NCBI GenBank assembly: GCA_023459055.1
Contig: JAEWVR010000019.1
Coordinates: 38,480-102,479 of the forward strand
Length of the DNA stretch: 64,000 nt
Direction of reading: 5' to 3'
Origin: Fibrobacterota bacterium
GTDB taxonomy: Bacteria > Fibrobacterota > Chitinivibrionia > Chitinivibrionales > Chitinispirillaceae
In this document: in pieces, positions 20,306-29,474 of the stretch
Layout: each line of letters starts with the position of its first letter
Numbering within the stretch: the first letter of the stretch is position 1
Made by a program: the position numbers and the translations under genes
Notes under the pieces: model-generated
Database searches by the model: none
What the model was told of the DNA's origin: nothing
The model's input: only the letters and a program-made list of their open reading frames with translations

Positions 20306-21970
20306 ATGAGGGGGCTCATAATTACGTTATTCATGCTGGTTGCACTTCTGCAGTCACTTGCTACAGCACAGACAATTTCGATTAGCGGAACAGTTAAAAA
20401 TAGTGGTGGAGGTGCCATCAAAGATGTTACCTGTACGCTCGCCAAAGTCAGTGGTGTCAGTGCTACAACTGATGCCTCGGGCAATTTTTCCATCGTAACA
20501 ACAGCTGTAGTAAAAATGTCATCATCGGGAGCACAGCCATTAAGTTTCAGTCTGAATGGCAGAGAGCTATACATTCATAGCACCGATAAAGAGCTCAACG
20601 GTACAGCATCAGTATATAGCAGTGATGGCAAAAGGGTTTCTTCCGTAAACTTTACAAAAACAAATAGTTCATCCGGCTCGATTCTGTTACCAGCTTTTAC
20701 TGCCGGCCTTAACATTTTGAAAATCACCCTGAACGGAAAAACCTATACAAGCCCGCTCCTGCAACTCCCGGGTCTTTCAGCAAGACTTCAGTGTGTATCC
20801 GGCAATTCCGAAATAAACCAGCTCACACTTGCAAAGAGTGCTGCAGCAGCGGCTGATGTTGATACACTCATTATGAGAAAAACCGGTTTTACCGAGAAAC
20901 GTACACCGATCAGTTCATATACAGTATCAAATCTTGCAATTACTATGGATTCAATTGTTGCTACTACCTGTAATGCAACAACGCTCAAGGCTGCTGGAAT
21001 GTGCAGAAGTAATCATCAGATATTAATCGGTGCTGCGGTAAACCAGAGCGGTGTTAATAACGCTCTTATCGGTCAGGAGTTCAATTATGTAACAGCCGAT
21101 AATGCAATGAAATGGGATGCTACGGAGGGTAGTGAAGGTGTGTTTAATTTCAGTGCGGCTGATCAAATTGTAAGTGCTGCACAATCAAAAGGGGTGAAGG
21201 TAAAAGGCCACGCTCTTGTCTGGCATAACCAGCTCCCGAATTGGGTAAAATCAATTAACAGCCGTGATCGTATCCAGGCAGTAATGAAAAATCACATCGA
21301 AAAGGTTATGGAACATTTTGGCAATAAAATTATTGCATGGGATGTTGTTAATGAAGCGCTCTATACAGACAATGATAACGGTTCGGGTAATGCAAAAATG
21401 CGTGATACAGTGTTTTATAAACTGCTTGGCGAAGACTTCATTCCGCTGGCATTTAAATATGCCCGTGAATATGCAGACAGCCATAATATGAAAGAAATGA
21501 AACTGTACTATAATGATTATAGCATCGATGGCGATAATGACAAATCCCGTTTCCTTCGTAAAAAAGTAAAGGAATGGCTTGACAAAGGTGTACCTATTGA
21601 CGGAATTGGATTCCAGATGCATATCGGTCCTCCGAATAATATTCCCACTGCCCAGGCTGTAAAGGATAATATGGACTATTACGCAAGCCTTGGTCTTGAT
21701 GTCCTGATTTCTGAATGGGATATTAATCTTTGCGGCGGCGATGTGAGTTCATCACAGCAATCACAGTTATATCATGATATCACTGCTGTATGTGTCAATA
21801 ATCCCAGATGCGTAGCGATCACCTGGTGGGGAGTGAACGACAGTGAATCATGGCTTAACAGGTTCAATGGCTCGAAATGCAACGGTTCAAGTTCACAATC
21901 ATTGCTTTTCAATAATAATAAGCCAAAGGCTGTCTATACACAGGTGCTTGATGCACTTAATGGTAAATAA
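20306..21970 (+). CDS. Secreted endo-1,4-beta-xylanase, glycoside hydrolase family 10, with N-terminal Ig/carboxypeptidase-regulatory-like domain
   Basis: Signal peptide. GH10 blocks 'NAMKWDATE', 'GHALVWHNQLPNW', 'WDVVNEAL', 'LYYNDYS' and 'IDGIGFQMHI' are present. Confidence 0.8.
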   Translation: MRGLIITLFMLVALLQSLATAQTISISGTVKNSGGGAIKDVTCTLAKVSGVSATTDASGNFSIVTTAVVKMSSSGAQPLSFSLNGRELYIHSTDKELNGTASVYSSDGKRVSSVNFTKTNSSSGSILLPAFTAGLNILKITLNGKTYTSPLLQLPGLSARLQCVSGNSEINQLTLAKSAAAAADVDTLIMRKTGFTEKRTPISSYTVSNLAITMDSIVATTCNATTLKAAGMCRSNHQILIGAAVNQSGVNNALIGQEFNYVTADNAMKWDATEGSEGVFNFSAADQIVSAAQSKGVKVKGHALVWHNQLPNWVKSINSRDRIQAVMKNHIEKVMEHFGNKIIAWDVVNEALYTDNDNGSGNAKMRDTVFYKLLGEDFIPLAFKYAREYADSHNMKEMKLYYNDYSIDGDNDKSRFLRKKVKEWLDKGVPIDGIGFQMHIGPPNNIPTAQAVKDNMDYYASLGLDVLISEWDINLCGGDVSSSQQSQLYHDITAVCVNNPRCVAITWWGVNDSESWLNRFNGSKCNGSSSQSLLFNNNKPKAVYTQVLDALNGK

Positions 21971-21997
21971 GTAGTTGTTGATTTGATAGTTTGTGAA

Positions 21998-22031
21998 GGC
22001 CGGGATTGATTTAATCCCGGCCTTTTTTTTT
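21998..22031 (+). terminator. Rho-independent terminator of the xylanase gene
   Basis: GGCCGGGATTgatttAATCCCGGCC is followed by T9. Confidence 0.85.
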
Positions 22032-22345
22032 GCCTCACCCCCTGCCCCCTCTCCATTAAGACATGGAGAGGGGGAGTTGAAATGAGGGTTTCAGGGATAA
22101 TCCATGCCAAGGGGAATTACCCTCCCCCTGCCCCCTCCAAGGAGGGGATCTGGTGCGGGGTATGGTTGAGATGGTTGTGTGATAAGATCGGGAGATGTAT
22201 TCAGGCTGAAGCATTGCGGAAGCAGGAGACGCCCACCAGACTTAGACCTTATTCCCCAAAACTACGACCACACAACTCAAAAGTTCCCTCCCTCGGGAGG
22301 GTGGCACGCAGTGCCGGGAGGGGTACCAACGCCACAATTATCGCA
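22032..22345. repeat. Composite GC-rich palindromic repeat element, about 310 bp, containing three CCCTCC...GGAGGG hairpin modules
   Basis: Modules lie at 22032-22078, 22120-22160 and 22286-22333. The last two are paralogous to 25146-25185 and 25378-25432 inside hsdR. The six-frame ORFs here (22082-22390, 22179-22379) are translations of the repeat. Confidence 0.7.
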
Positions 22346-22560
22346 CCCCACCCCCAAATTACCACCTCACCACCATTGACTACTGCATAAATGGGATTTA
22401 GTTTATAATAGTCGGTTATAATGAATATCATTTCAGAAAAGTACAACTGGATCTATACGGGACACAAAAATCCCTGAAATGCACTGAATCACTGCGATTT
22501 TTAGTGAATCACACCAGACCTTTCTGATATTTTTAGTTATGTGTTACCAAAAGGTGGAAA

Positions 22561-22665
22561 ATGGCAAAAGCAACTGCGGCTACCGCAAAGGACGAACCTG
22601 TTCAAAAAGAATCGCTTGGCAATCTTGAAGTCTCACTCTGGAAAGCTGTTAAAGTGTTGGGGTAA
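22561..22665 (+). pseudogene. hsdM: hsdM 5' remnant (type I RM methyltransferase N-terminus, 34 codons then stop)
   Basis: 'MAKATAATAKDEPVQKESLGNLEVSLWKAVKVLG*' matches the conserved HsdM N-terminal 'LWxAADxLRG' region, then terminates. Confidence 0.55.
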
Positions 22666-22669
22666 TGCT

Positions 22670-22750
22670 TCAAAAATCCATATTCTCGAAAAGCTTCGTG
22701 ACACTTTGCTACCAAAGTTAATGAGTGGAGAGATTAGAATTTCAATTTAA
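22670..22750 (+). pseudogene. hsdS: hsdS 3' remnant (C-terminal conserved helix of the type I RM specificity subunit)
   Basis: 'ILEKLRDTLLPKLMSGEIRI' resembles the HsdS C-terminal consensus '...kkgLmqkLltGkiRv'. There are no target-recognition domains upstream. Confidence 0.5.
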
Positions 22751-24215
22751 AGGATCTTATATGATCAAGCTCTATCTTGATTGGAATGTCATTAACGGAA
22801 TGCGGACATGTACAGAAGTTGATGAACTTTTAAGCTTGAGAAAATATATTGAGAAAAATCGGTCTTATTTTGAAATTTACTATTCTCAAGCTCACTTGTC
22901 AGACCTTGCTGGGCAGAGGTATTTGTTTGATGATACAATAAAAGAAGATCTTGAATACTTATCAAAATTAACCGAAAATAAAGCACTTGTTATCAAGAAT
23001 GATATCGTGGATATTCAGTCAATTTCACCATTAGATTGGTATCAAACAATAATTGAGGATCACAAAATTCTGAATGTTGATTCTTTTGATGATTTATTAA
23101 AAATCATTTCAACAGATTGCCCTGAAACAAAACCATTAATTGACAATTACATCAGAGTTCTTAAAAGTACCCTCCTTCCAAGCATTCCAAAACAGTTCGA
23201 ACAACTAATTCCTGATATCGCTGGTAAAACATGTTATGATGCTTTTAACGCAATATTTAAACTGAGTAAATCTTGGATGCAAACAGATGCTTATAGTAAA
23301 GTAAGAAATTTGATTCAAAGTTTGTTAAACTTTAAAACAAGCACTCTTAGCAGTACGACCAAACCATTTATAGACATTAGTAAATCTTTCGAGAATTTGG
23401 GATCAAGTGTTACTTATGAGAATATAGAACAAACTGTTGAAAAATCATTTATCAGCAAAACCCCAGTGTGGTACAACAATATCATTTCGACTTATTTAAA
23501 TCTTGATATGTATGGATACAGTCAAGATGAAATAAGCATCAAAGATAATAAGAAAAAAACATTTCAGAATACTGCAAACGATGCGATACATGCAGCCTAT
23601 GCATCTGTTTGCCATTTTTTTATTATACAAGATAAGAAAGCTCGGCGTAAAACAGAAGCTACTTACAACCACCTTGAGATTAATACAACAGTTTTGAATC
23701 CCGTTAGAAAAAAGGAAAATTCTTCTTACATTTATTTTATCAGTAACGAATATATTGTTAGTCCTCAAACCGTCAAGGATTTATACCAATCTATATTGAA
23801 AACAATTGACATTGGTACTATTTTAAAAGAAACAGCTAATGATGGAACTCAGGTAATATTTTCAGTATATTCAACGAGTATATATTATGGTTTTTTTAAT
23901 AAGATCATTATAATTCCTGAAGAAAAATCATTTCAAATTGCATTAGCATTCAAGAAACCAACAAATTGTCCTATGATTAATCTTGTTTCTGTTGTAAAGT
24001 TAGCAAATCAATTAATTTCTCTTTTTGGTATACCTAATTGTGGTACAAAACAAGTTGAATTGTCACACTTTGATGCGTTTCGCGCAAATCAAAATTCAAA
24101 TTGGACACTTTATTGGCAAGATGCATTCTTAATTGTTTTTTCTGGTGGTGTTCAATTTTATTTCCCATGGATACCTCTTGAAAACACTGAGCCAAAGAAT
24201 CCTCAAACGAATTAA
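22725..24215 (+). CDS. Hypothetical 496-aa protein embedded in the decayed type I RM locus, AT-rich, no recognisable motifs
   Basis: A long ORF with a visibly lower GC content than its neighbours. No signal peptide or TM segment. It is co-directional and tightly spaced with hsdR, 16 bp upstream of it. Confidence 0.5.
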   Translation: MERLEFQFKGSYMIKLYLDWNVINGMRTCTEVDELLSLRKYIEKNRSYFEIYYSQAHLSDLAGQRYLFDDTIKEDLEYLSKLTENKALVIKNDIVDIQSISPLDWYQTIIEDHKILNVDSFDDLLKIISTDCPETKPLIDNYIRVLKSTLLPSIPKQFEQLIPDIAGKTCYDAFNAIFKLSKSWMQTDAYSKVRNLIQSLLNFKTSTLSSTTKPFIDISKSFENLGSSVTYENIEQTVEKSFISKTPVWYNNIISTYLNLDMYGYSQDEISIKDNKKKTFQNTANDAIHAAYASVCHFFIIQDKKARRKTEATYNHLEINTTVLNPVRKKENSSYIYFISNEYIVSPQTVKDLYQSILKTIDIGTILKETANDGTQVIFSVYSTSIYYGFFNKIIIIPEEKSFQIALAFKKPTNCPMINLVSVVKLANQLISLFGIPNCGTKQVELSHFDAFRANQNSNWTLYWQDAFLIVFSGGVQFYFPWIPLENTEPKNPQTN

Positions 24216-24230
24216 CACTCGATACATTTT

Positions 24231-27200
24231 ATGAGCACAAACAAAATCACCGAATCATCAATCGAAGAATACGCAATAAAGCTGCTTGAAAAGCAGGGGT
24301 TTGACTATTATTACGGGCCACAGATCGCACCGGACAGCGAATCACCATTGCGTCAATCGTTTGAGGAGGTGCTGCTTGCCGATCGCGTAAAAAGCGCTGT
24401 CGCACGAATTAATTCATCAGTTCCCGAAAGTGCCCGTGAAGATGCTTGTAAACAGATTGAACGCATCGCATCATCTGATCTTGTTGCCAACAACGAAACC
24501 TTTCACCGCATGCTGACAGAAGGCATATCAGTAGCCTATCAGAAAGACGGCAACAAACGCGGTGATCGAGTGTGGCTTATTGATTTTAATCATCCAGACA
24601 ACAACGACTTTTATGTTGTCAACCAGTTCTCAGTAACCTCAGCCGGTATACATGGTGGCAACGCAACAAAACGACCTGATATCGTACTGTTTGTCAATGG
24701 TATCCCGCTTGTCGTCATCGAACTCAAGAATCCCGCAGACGAAAAAGCAACGTGTCACACTGCCTTTAATCAGCTTCGAACCTACAAAGAGGCAATTCCT
24801 CAACTATTTACCTATAACGGGTTTACTATTATTTCAGACGGGCTCGAAGCAAAAGCCGGCACAATCTCATCAGATTTCAACCGCTTTATGGCATGGAAAA
24901 CAGCCGATGGCAAAAGTGAAGCATCACCGCTTGTCGGTCAGCTCGAAACACTAATCTATGGAATGCTGCACCGATCAACCTTACTTGACCTTATACGACA
25001 TTTTATCGTTTTTGAAAAGTCAAAACGTGAAGATAAAAACACCGGCCTGACAACAATCGCAACAGTAAAAAAGATGGCTGCATATCATCAGTACTATGCT
25101 GTCAACAAAGCAGTGGAGTCGACCCTCCGGGCCGCCGGGTTTGGACCCTCCCCTAACCCCTCCGAGGAGGGGAACTGGTGCGGTGGTGGTTGGGATGGTG
25201 GTGATGAGTTCGGGCCGGAGTTTGAGGCTGGGGGTGTTGAGGAAAACGAAGAGTCTGATCAGGTGTACACAAGTGCAGACCTTGACATTACGGGTAGATC
25301 GTCAAATAAGAATCATATCCCTACAAACGGCACCAGCCCCTCAAGCGCGGACGGTTCAAAGAGCCCCCCCGAAAAATCCCTCCCCGGGGAGAGTGGCACG
25401 CAGTGCCGGGAGGGGTACCAACGCCGCATCCTCCCCTACAACCCCATCCTGAAACAACGCGCCCACAACTTACGAGCAAACATGACCCTCCCCGAGGTCC
25501 TGCTGTGGAACCATCTAAAAAACGGGCAGATCCATGGTTTCGATTTCGACAGACAGCGGCCGATCGATAACTTTATTGTCGATTTCTATTGTAAAGATCT
25601 CATGCTCGCTATCGAGGTTGACGGAAGTAGTCATGATGGTGAAGAGGCTCAGACCCGTGATCGTATTCGTCAGAGCAGGCTTGAAAATCTTGGTGTACAT
25701 TTTTTGCGATTTGACAACGATGAGGTTCGTCAGAATATTCGCTCTGTCGTTGCAACAATTTCCGATTGGGTTTACAAACACAAAAACAACCTTGTCGGAC
25801 GATATACAAAACCGCTCCGGCGGCTTCCATCGTCGCTGAAGGTTGATCCTGCAGAGTATGGTTTACCGGATGTGAAAGTGCAAACTGCCGGTGACAAAAA
25901 AGGTGGTGTGGTCTGGCATACGCAGGGTTCCGGCAAATCGCTCACAATGGTGTTTTACACCGGGAAAATCGTTCTTGCCATGAATAACCCGACGGTACTG
26001 ATCATAACAGACCGCAATGATCTTGATGACCAGCTTTTCGATACTTTTGCTGCATCAAAACAACTGCTTCGTCAGGAACCGGTTCAGGCCGAAAATCGTG
26101 ATCATCTCAAGGACCTGCTCAAAGTTGCGTCCGGAGGTGTAGTGTTTACAACAATTCAGAAGTTTCAGCCGGATGATGGTAATGTGTATGAAATGCTGTC
26201 TGACCGTACAAACATCGTGGTAATTGCTGATGAAGCACACCGCACACAGTATGGATTCAAACCAAAAACGATCGACGCCAAAGATGAATCAGGTGCGATT
26301 ATCGGGAAAAAGGTAGTTTACGGTTTTGCAAAGTACATGCGTGATGCACTCCCTAATGCGACCTATCTTGGATTTACCGGTACACCAATTGAAAATGTCG
26401 ATGTTAACACTCCGGCAGTGTTTGGTAATTATGTTGACATTTATGATATTTCACAAGCGGTTGAAGATGGTGCAACGGTGCGTATCTATTACGAAAGCCG
26501 CCTTGCTAAAATCGTACTGAGTGATGAGGGTCGGAAACTGATTCAGGAGCTTGATGACGAACTGAAACAGGAGGATCTGACTGATACACAGAAAGCAAAA
26601 GCGAAGTGGACACAGCTTGAAGCGTTAATTGGCAGTGCAGACAGAATACAGCAGGTTGCCCGCGACATAGTAACCCATTTTGAACTGCGTCAAGAAGCAA
26701 TTGACGGTAAGGGAATGTTTGTCACCATGTCGCGAAGAATTGCTGCTGAGCTTTACAATGCAATAATAGCATTAAGACCGCAGTGGCATAGCGATGACCG
26801 CAAAAAAGGGGTGATAAAAGTCGTCATGACATCTGCATCTTCGGATGGCCCTGAAATTGCGCGGCATCATTCAACCAAAGATGATCGCAGAGCACTAGCA
26901 GAAAGAATGAAAGATCCCGATGATGAATTGAAACTGGTAATTGTCCGTGACATGTGGCTTACCGGTTTTGATGTTCCATCACTGCATACCCTCTACATTG
27001 ACAAACCGATGAAAGGTCATACCCTGATGCAGGCAATTGCACAGGTAAACCGAATTTACAAAGATAAAACAGGTGGTCTTGTTGTTGACTATCTCGGAAT
27101 TGCAGCAGATCTAAAAAAAACACTCTCCTTTTATGCTGATTCGGGTGGAAGAGGTGATCCGGCACTTGCTCAGGAAAAAGCGGTTCAGCTCATGCTTGAG

Positions 27201-28145
27201 AAACTTGAAGTTGTATCGCAGATGTTCCATGGGTTTCCCTATGAGGATTATTTTGAAGCAGACACCGGGGCAAAATTATCAATAATCCTTGCAGCAGAGG
27301 AACATATTCTCAGTATTGATGAAGGAAAAAAACGTTTTATTAATGAAGTAGTTTTGTTGTCACAGGCATTTTCAATTGCACTGCCACATGATCAGGCAAT
27401 GGATGTAAAGGACGAAACTGCGTTCTTTCAGGCAGTAAAGGCACGTCTTGCAAAATTTGACAGAACAGGAACAGGTAGAACTGATGAGGAACTTGAGACC
27501 GCAATTCGTCAGATAGTTGACAAGGCGCTTGTTACCGAAAAGGTAATCGACATCTTTGATGCTGCCGGAATCAGGAAACCTGATATTTCGATTTTGTCAG
27601 AAGAGTTTCTGCTTGAAGTGCAGAATATGAAACATAAGAATCTTGCTCTGGAAGTACTCAAAAAATTATTGAATGATGAGATCAGTGTACGGTTGACAAA
27701 AAACATGATTCAGGGAAAAACACTGATGGAGATGCTTGAGAACTCTATCAGAAAATACCACAATAAAATCCTTACTGCAGCAGAGGTAATAGAAGAGCTG
27801 ATCAAACTCAGTAAAGAAATCACTGAAATGGATAAGATTCCCAAAGCTATGGGATTGTCAGATTATGAATATGCGTTCTATACTGCAATCGCTGATAATG
27901 ACAGCGCAAAGCAGCTCATGAAAAAAGAGCAATTACGGGAACTGGCTGTTGTTTTGTATGAGAAGGTACGCGAGAATGCATCAATAGACTGGACAATTAA
28001 AGAAAGTGTTAGAGCAAAGCTCAAGGTAATAGTAAAGCGGATTCTCAGACAATATGGGTATCCCCCGGATATGCAGATGCTCGCAACGGAAACCGTGCTC
28101 AAACAGGCAGAAAAGATAGCAGATGAACTGACAAAGGATAAGTAG
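24231..28145 (+). CDS. hsdR: Type I restriction enzyme R subunit (HsdR) carrying an in-frame DUF559-domain insertion of about 248 aa
   Basis: PD-(D/E)xK 'RPDIVLF...VVIELK'. 'QLRTYKEAIPQLFTYNGF...SDG' and 'AAYHQYYAVNKA' are HsdR-specific. Helicase motif I 'GGVVWHTQGSGKSLTM' and motif II 'VVIADEAHRTQYG' are present. The ORF is 1304 aa long, whereas HsdR is usually about 1000-1100 aa. Confidence 0.85.
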   Translation: MSTNKITESSIEEYAIKLLEKQGFDYYYGPQIAPDSESPLRQSFEEVLLADRVKSAVARINSSVPESAREDACKQIERIASSDLVANNETFHRMLTEGISVAYQKDGNKRGDRVWLIDFNHPDNNDFYVVNQFSVTSAGIHGGNATKRPDIVLFVNGIPLVVIELKNPADEKATCHTAFNQLRTYKEAIPQLFTYNGFTIISDGLEAKAGTISSDFNRFMAWKTADGKSEASPLVGQLETLIYGMLHRSTLLDLIRHFIVFEKSKREDKNTGLTTIATVKKMAAYHQYYAVNKAVESTLRAAGFGPSPNPSEEGNWCGGGWDGGDEFGPEFEAGGVEENEESDQVYTSADLDITGRSSNKNHIPTNGTSPSSADGSKSPPEKSLPGESGTQCREGYQRRILPYNPILKQRAHNLRANMTLPEVLLWNHLKNGQIHGFDFDRQRPIDNFIVDFYCKDLMLAIEVDGSSHDGEEAQTRDRIRQSRLENLGVHFLRFDNDEVRQNIRSVVATISDWVYKHKNNLVGRYTKPLRRLPSSLKVDPAEYGLPDVKVQTAGDKKGGVVWHTQGSGKSLTMVFYTGKIVLAMNNPTVLIITDRNDLDDQLFDTFAASKQLLRQEPVQAENRDHLKDLLKVASGGVVFTTIQKFQPDDGNVYEMLSDRTNIVVIADEAHRTQYGFKPKTIDAKDESGAIIGKKVVYGFAKYMRDALPNATYLGFTGTPIENVDVNTPAVFGNYVDIYDISQAVEDGATVRIYYESRLAKIVLSDEGRKLIQELDDELKQEDLTDTQKAKAKWTQLEALIGSADRIQQVARDIVTHFELRQEAIDGKGMFVTMSRRIAAELYNAIIALRPQWHSDDRKKGVIKVVMTSASSDGPEIARHHSTKDDRRALAERMKDPDDELKLVIVRDMWLTGFDVPSLHTLYIDKPMKGHTLMQAIAQVNRIYKDKTGGLVVDYLGIAADLKKTLSFYADSGGRGDPALAQEKAVQLMLEKLEVVSQMFHGFPYEDYFEADTGAKLSIILAAEEHILSIDEGKKRFINEVVLLSQAFSIALPHDQAMDVKDETAFFQAVKARLAKFDRTGTGRTDEELETAIRQIVDKALVTEKVIDIFDAAGIRKPDISILSEEFLLEVQNMKHKNLALEVLKKLLNDEISVRLTKNMIQGKTLMEMLENSIRKYHNKILTAAEVIEELIKLSKEITEMDKIPKAMGLSDYEYAFYTAIADNDSAKQLMKKEQLRELAVVLYEKVRENASIDWTIKESVRAKLKVIVKRILRQYGYPPDMQMLATETVLKQAEKIADELTKDK
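25132..25875 (+). mobile_element. In-frame insertion within hsdR: GC-rich palindromic repeats followed by a DUF559 (Vsr-like endonuclease) domain
   Basis: It sits between 'AVNKAVESTLRA' and 'QTAGDKKGGVVWHTQGSGKS', which are normally adjacent. The DUF559-like block is 'LPEVLLWNHLKNGQIHGFDFDRQRPIDNFIVDFYCKDLMLAIEVDGSSHDGEEAQTRDRIRQSRLENLGVHFLRFDNDEV'. GC-rich modules at 25146-25185 and 25378-25432 are paralogous to those at 22120-22333. Confidence 0.6.
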
Positions 28146-28337
28146 TCATTGTTCAGTATGTCGGTAATTCCGACATACTGCCTCTAAAGGTAAAGATTAC
28201 TCGGTTAATTACTGCAATCCTGTTGTTTTTATTTCAGTCTGTTAATATAGGTATCATTTGAATAGTTTGGAACATTTGTACATTGAGCATACTTTTATGT
28301 TGTCATCAAAAATACCAATCAAGAAAGTCTCCACATC

Positions 28338-29474
28338 ATGACAAAAGAAAAATTCGCAATATTCATTGACGCCGAAAATCTCATTAACTGGATCAAAAAC
28401 GATGGTCCGGAGAAGCTGCTTGAGGAGTTGAGTACGCAGGGGCAGGTTATTGTGCGTCGGGCGTATGGGAAATGGACAAATCAGAATCTGAGCCAGCTTC
28501 AGGAGAATCTGAATCGCAACGGATTTGAACTGCTGCATAATTTTCATCCTGTCAGTGGGAAAAATTCAAGCGATATTCAGATGACCGTTGACGCAATGGA
28601 GTATGCACTTAAACTATCTGATGTTAGCTGGTTTGTTCTGGCAACCGGCGACAGTGATTTTTCTCCGCTCTTTAGAAAGCTGCGGGAGATTGGCAAAGAG
28701 GTTATCGGGATTGGTCCCAAATCACCCTTAAGTGAATGCGTAAAAACATCATGCTCACGATATATCTACACATATGATGAAAATGCGGATGAAAAAGAGA
28801 TACTCGCATTTGAACGTGACGAAATTGAGGAGCTGCTGGAATCAATTGTAGTAACCCATGATGGGCCAATAAATATTTCACATCTAAAAAATCATATTCT
28901 TCAAATAGACAATGCATTCAATGAAAAACAAATGGGGTTTAAGAATTTCAGCAGTTTTATTGATTCCTTTGACTTTCTTAAGATTGAAAAAGATATGGTG
29001 AGTTACGTTCGTGTCTCTGATGCAAAAAACAGCTATAAAACACTACTCAAAAGAAAAAACTGGGACTTTCTTCCAAAAACAATAATTGACAAATTGTATA
29101 AAGAATGTATCACCATACCAGCGCTTCCCCGCCAGCAGCTTATTGATAAAGTGATTGCAAAAAATATCGAAGGAACCTCGTCCAGTATCGTCAGGAAGTT
29201 TTTACAGATAATTTACAAAGCAAGACTTATGCAGACTCAGCTGACAAACGGTGATGACAAAATCGTGAAAGTAATTTTAACTGACGAGTATCTTCAAAAA
29301 ATCGACCTCGCAATGCTCTCCCGGTTACTTTCTGCGATCAACGAAACAAGCAGCAAGATAGAAAAAGATGAACTGAAAAAACTATTATATGGTAACTATA
29401 CCGATAAGGAATTTGAGAAAATTATGCTGATTGCAAAAGAGAATATGATAAACAAGGATGACAATGATCATTGA
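28338..29474 (+). CDS. NYN-domain (LabA-like RNase) protein with two OST-HTH/LOTUS domains
   Basis: The N-terminus '[10 protein letters not shown]...[10 protein letters not shown]...[18 protein letters not shown]' is NYN-like. The downstream repeats '[31 protein letters not shown]' are OST-HTH-like. Confidence 0.65.
   Translation: MTKEKFAIFIDAENLINWIKNDGPEKLLEELSTQGQVIVRRAYGKWTNQNLSQLQENLNRNGFELLHNFHPVSGKNSSDIQMTVDAMEYALKLSDVSWFVLATGDSDFSPLFRKLREIGKEVIGIGPKSPLSECVKTSCSRYIYTYDENADEKEILAFERDEIEELLESIVVTHDGPINISHLKNHILQIDNAFNEKQMGFKNFSSFIDSFDFLKIEKDMVSYVRVSDAKNSYKTLLKRKNWDFLPKTIIDKLYKECITIPALPRQQLIDKVIAKNIEGTSSSIVRKFLQIIYKARLMQTQLTNGDDKIVKVILTDEYLQKIDLAMLSRLLSAINETSSKIEKDELKKLLYGNYTDKEFEKIMLIAKENMINKDDNDH

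Noticed and set aside
22082-22390. 102-aa ORF (and overlapping 66-aa ORF) rich in Pro/Gly/Arg
   Set aside because: It is a translation of the GC-rich palindromic repeat element. The same peptide (…GRVARSAGRGTNA…) appears in a different frame inside hsdR at 25096-25452, so it is a repeat artefact, not a gene.
25132-25875. Possibility that the in-frame insert in hsdR is an intein
   Set aside because: There is no Cys/Ser/Thr at the N-terminal junction in an intein block-A context, no C-terminal His-Asn followed by Cys/Ser/Thr, and no Hint-domain blocks. The recognisable domain is DUF559/Vsr-like, not a LAGLIDADG or HNH homing endonuclease inside a Hint fold.
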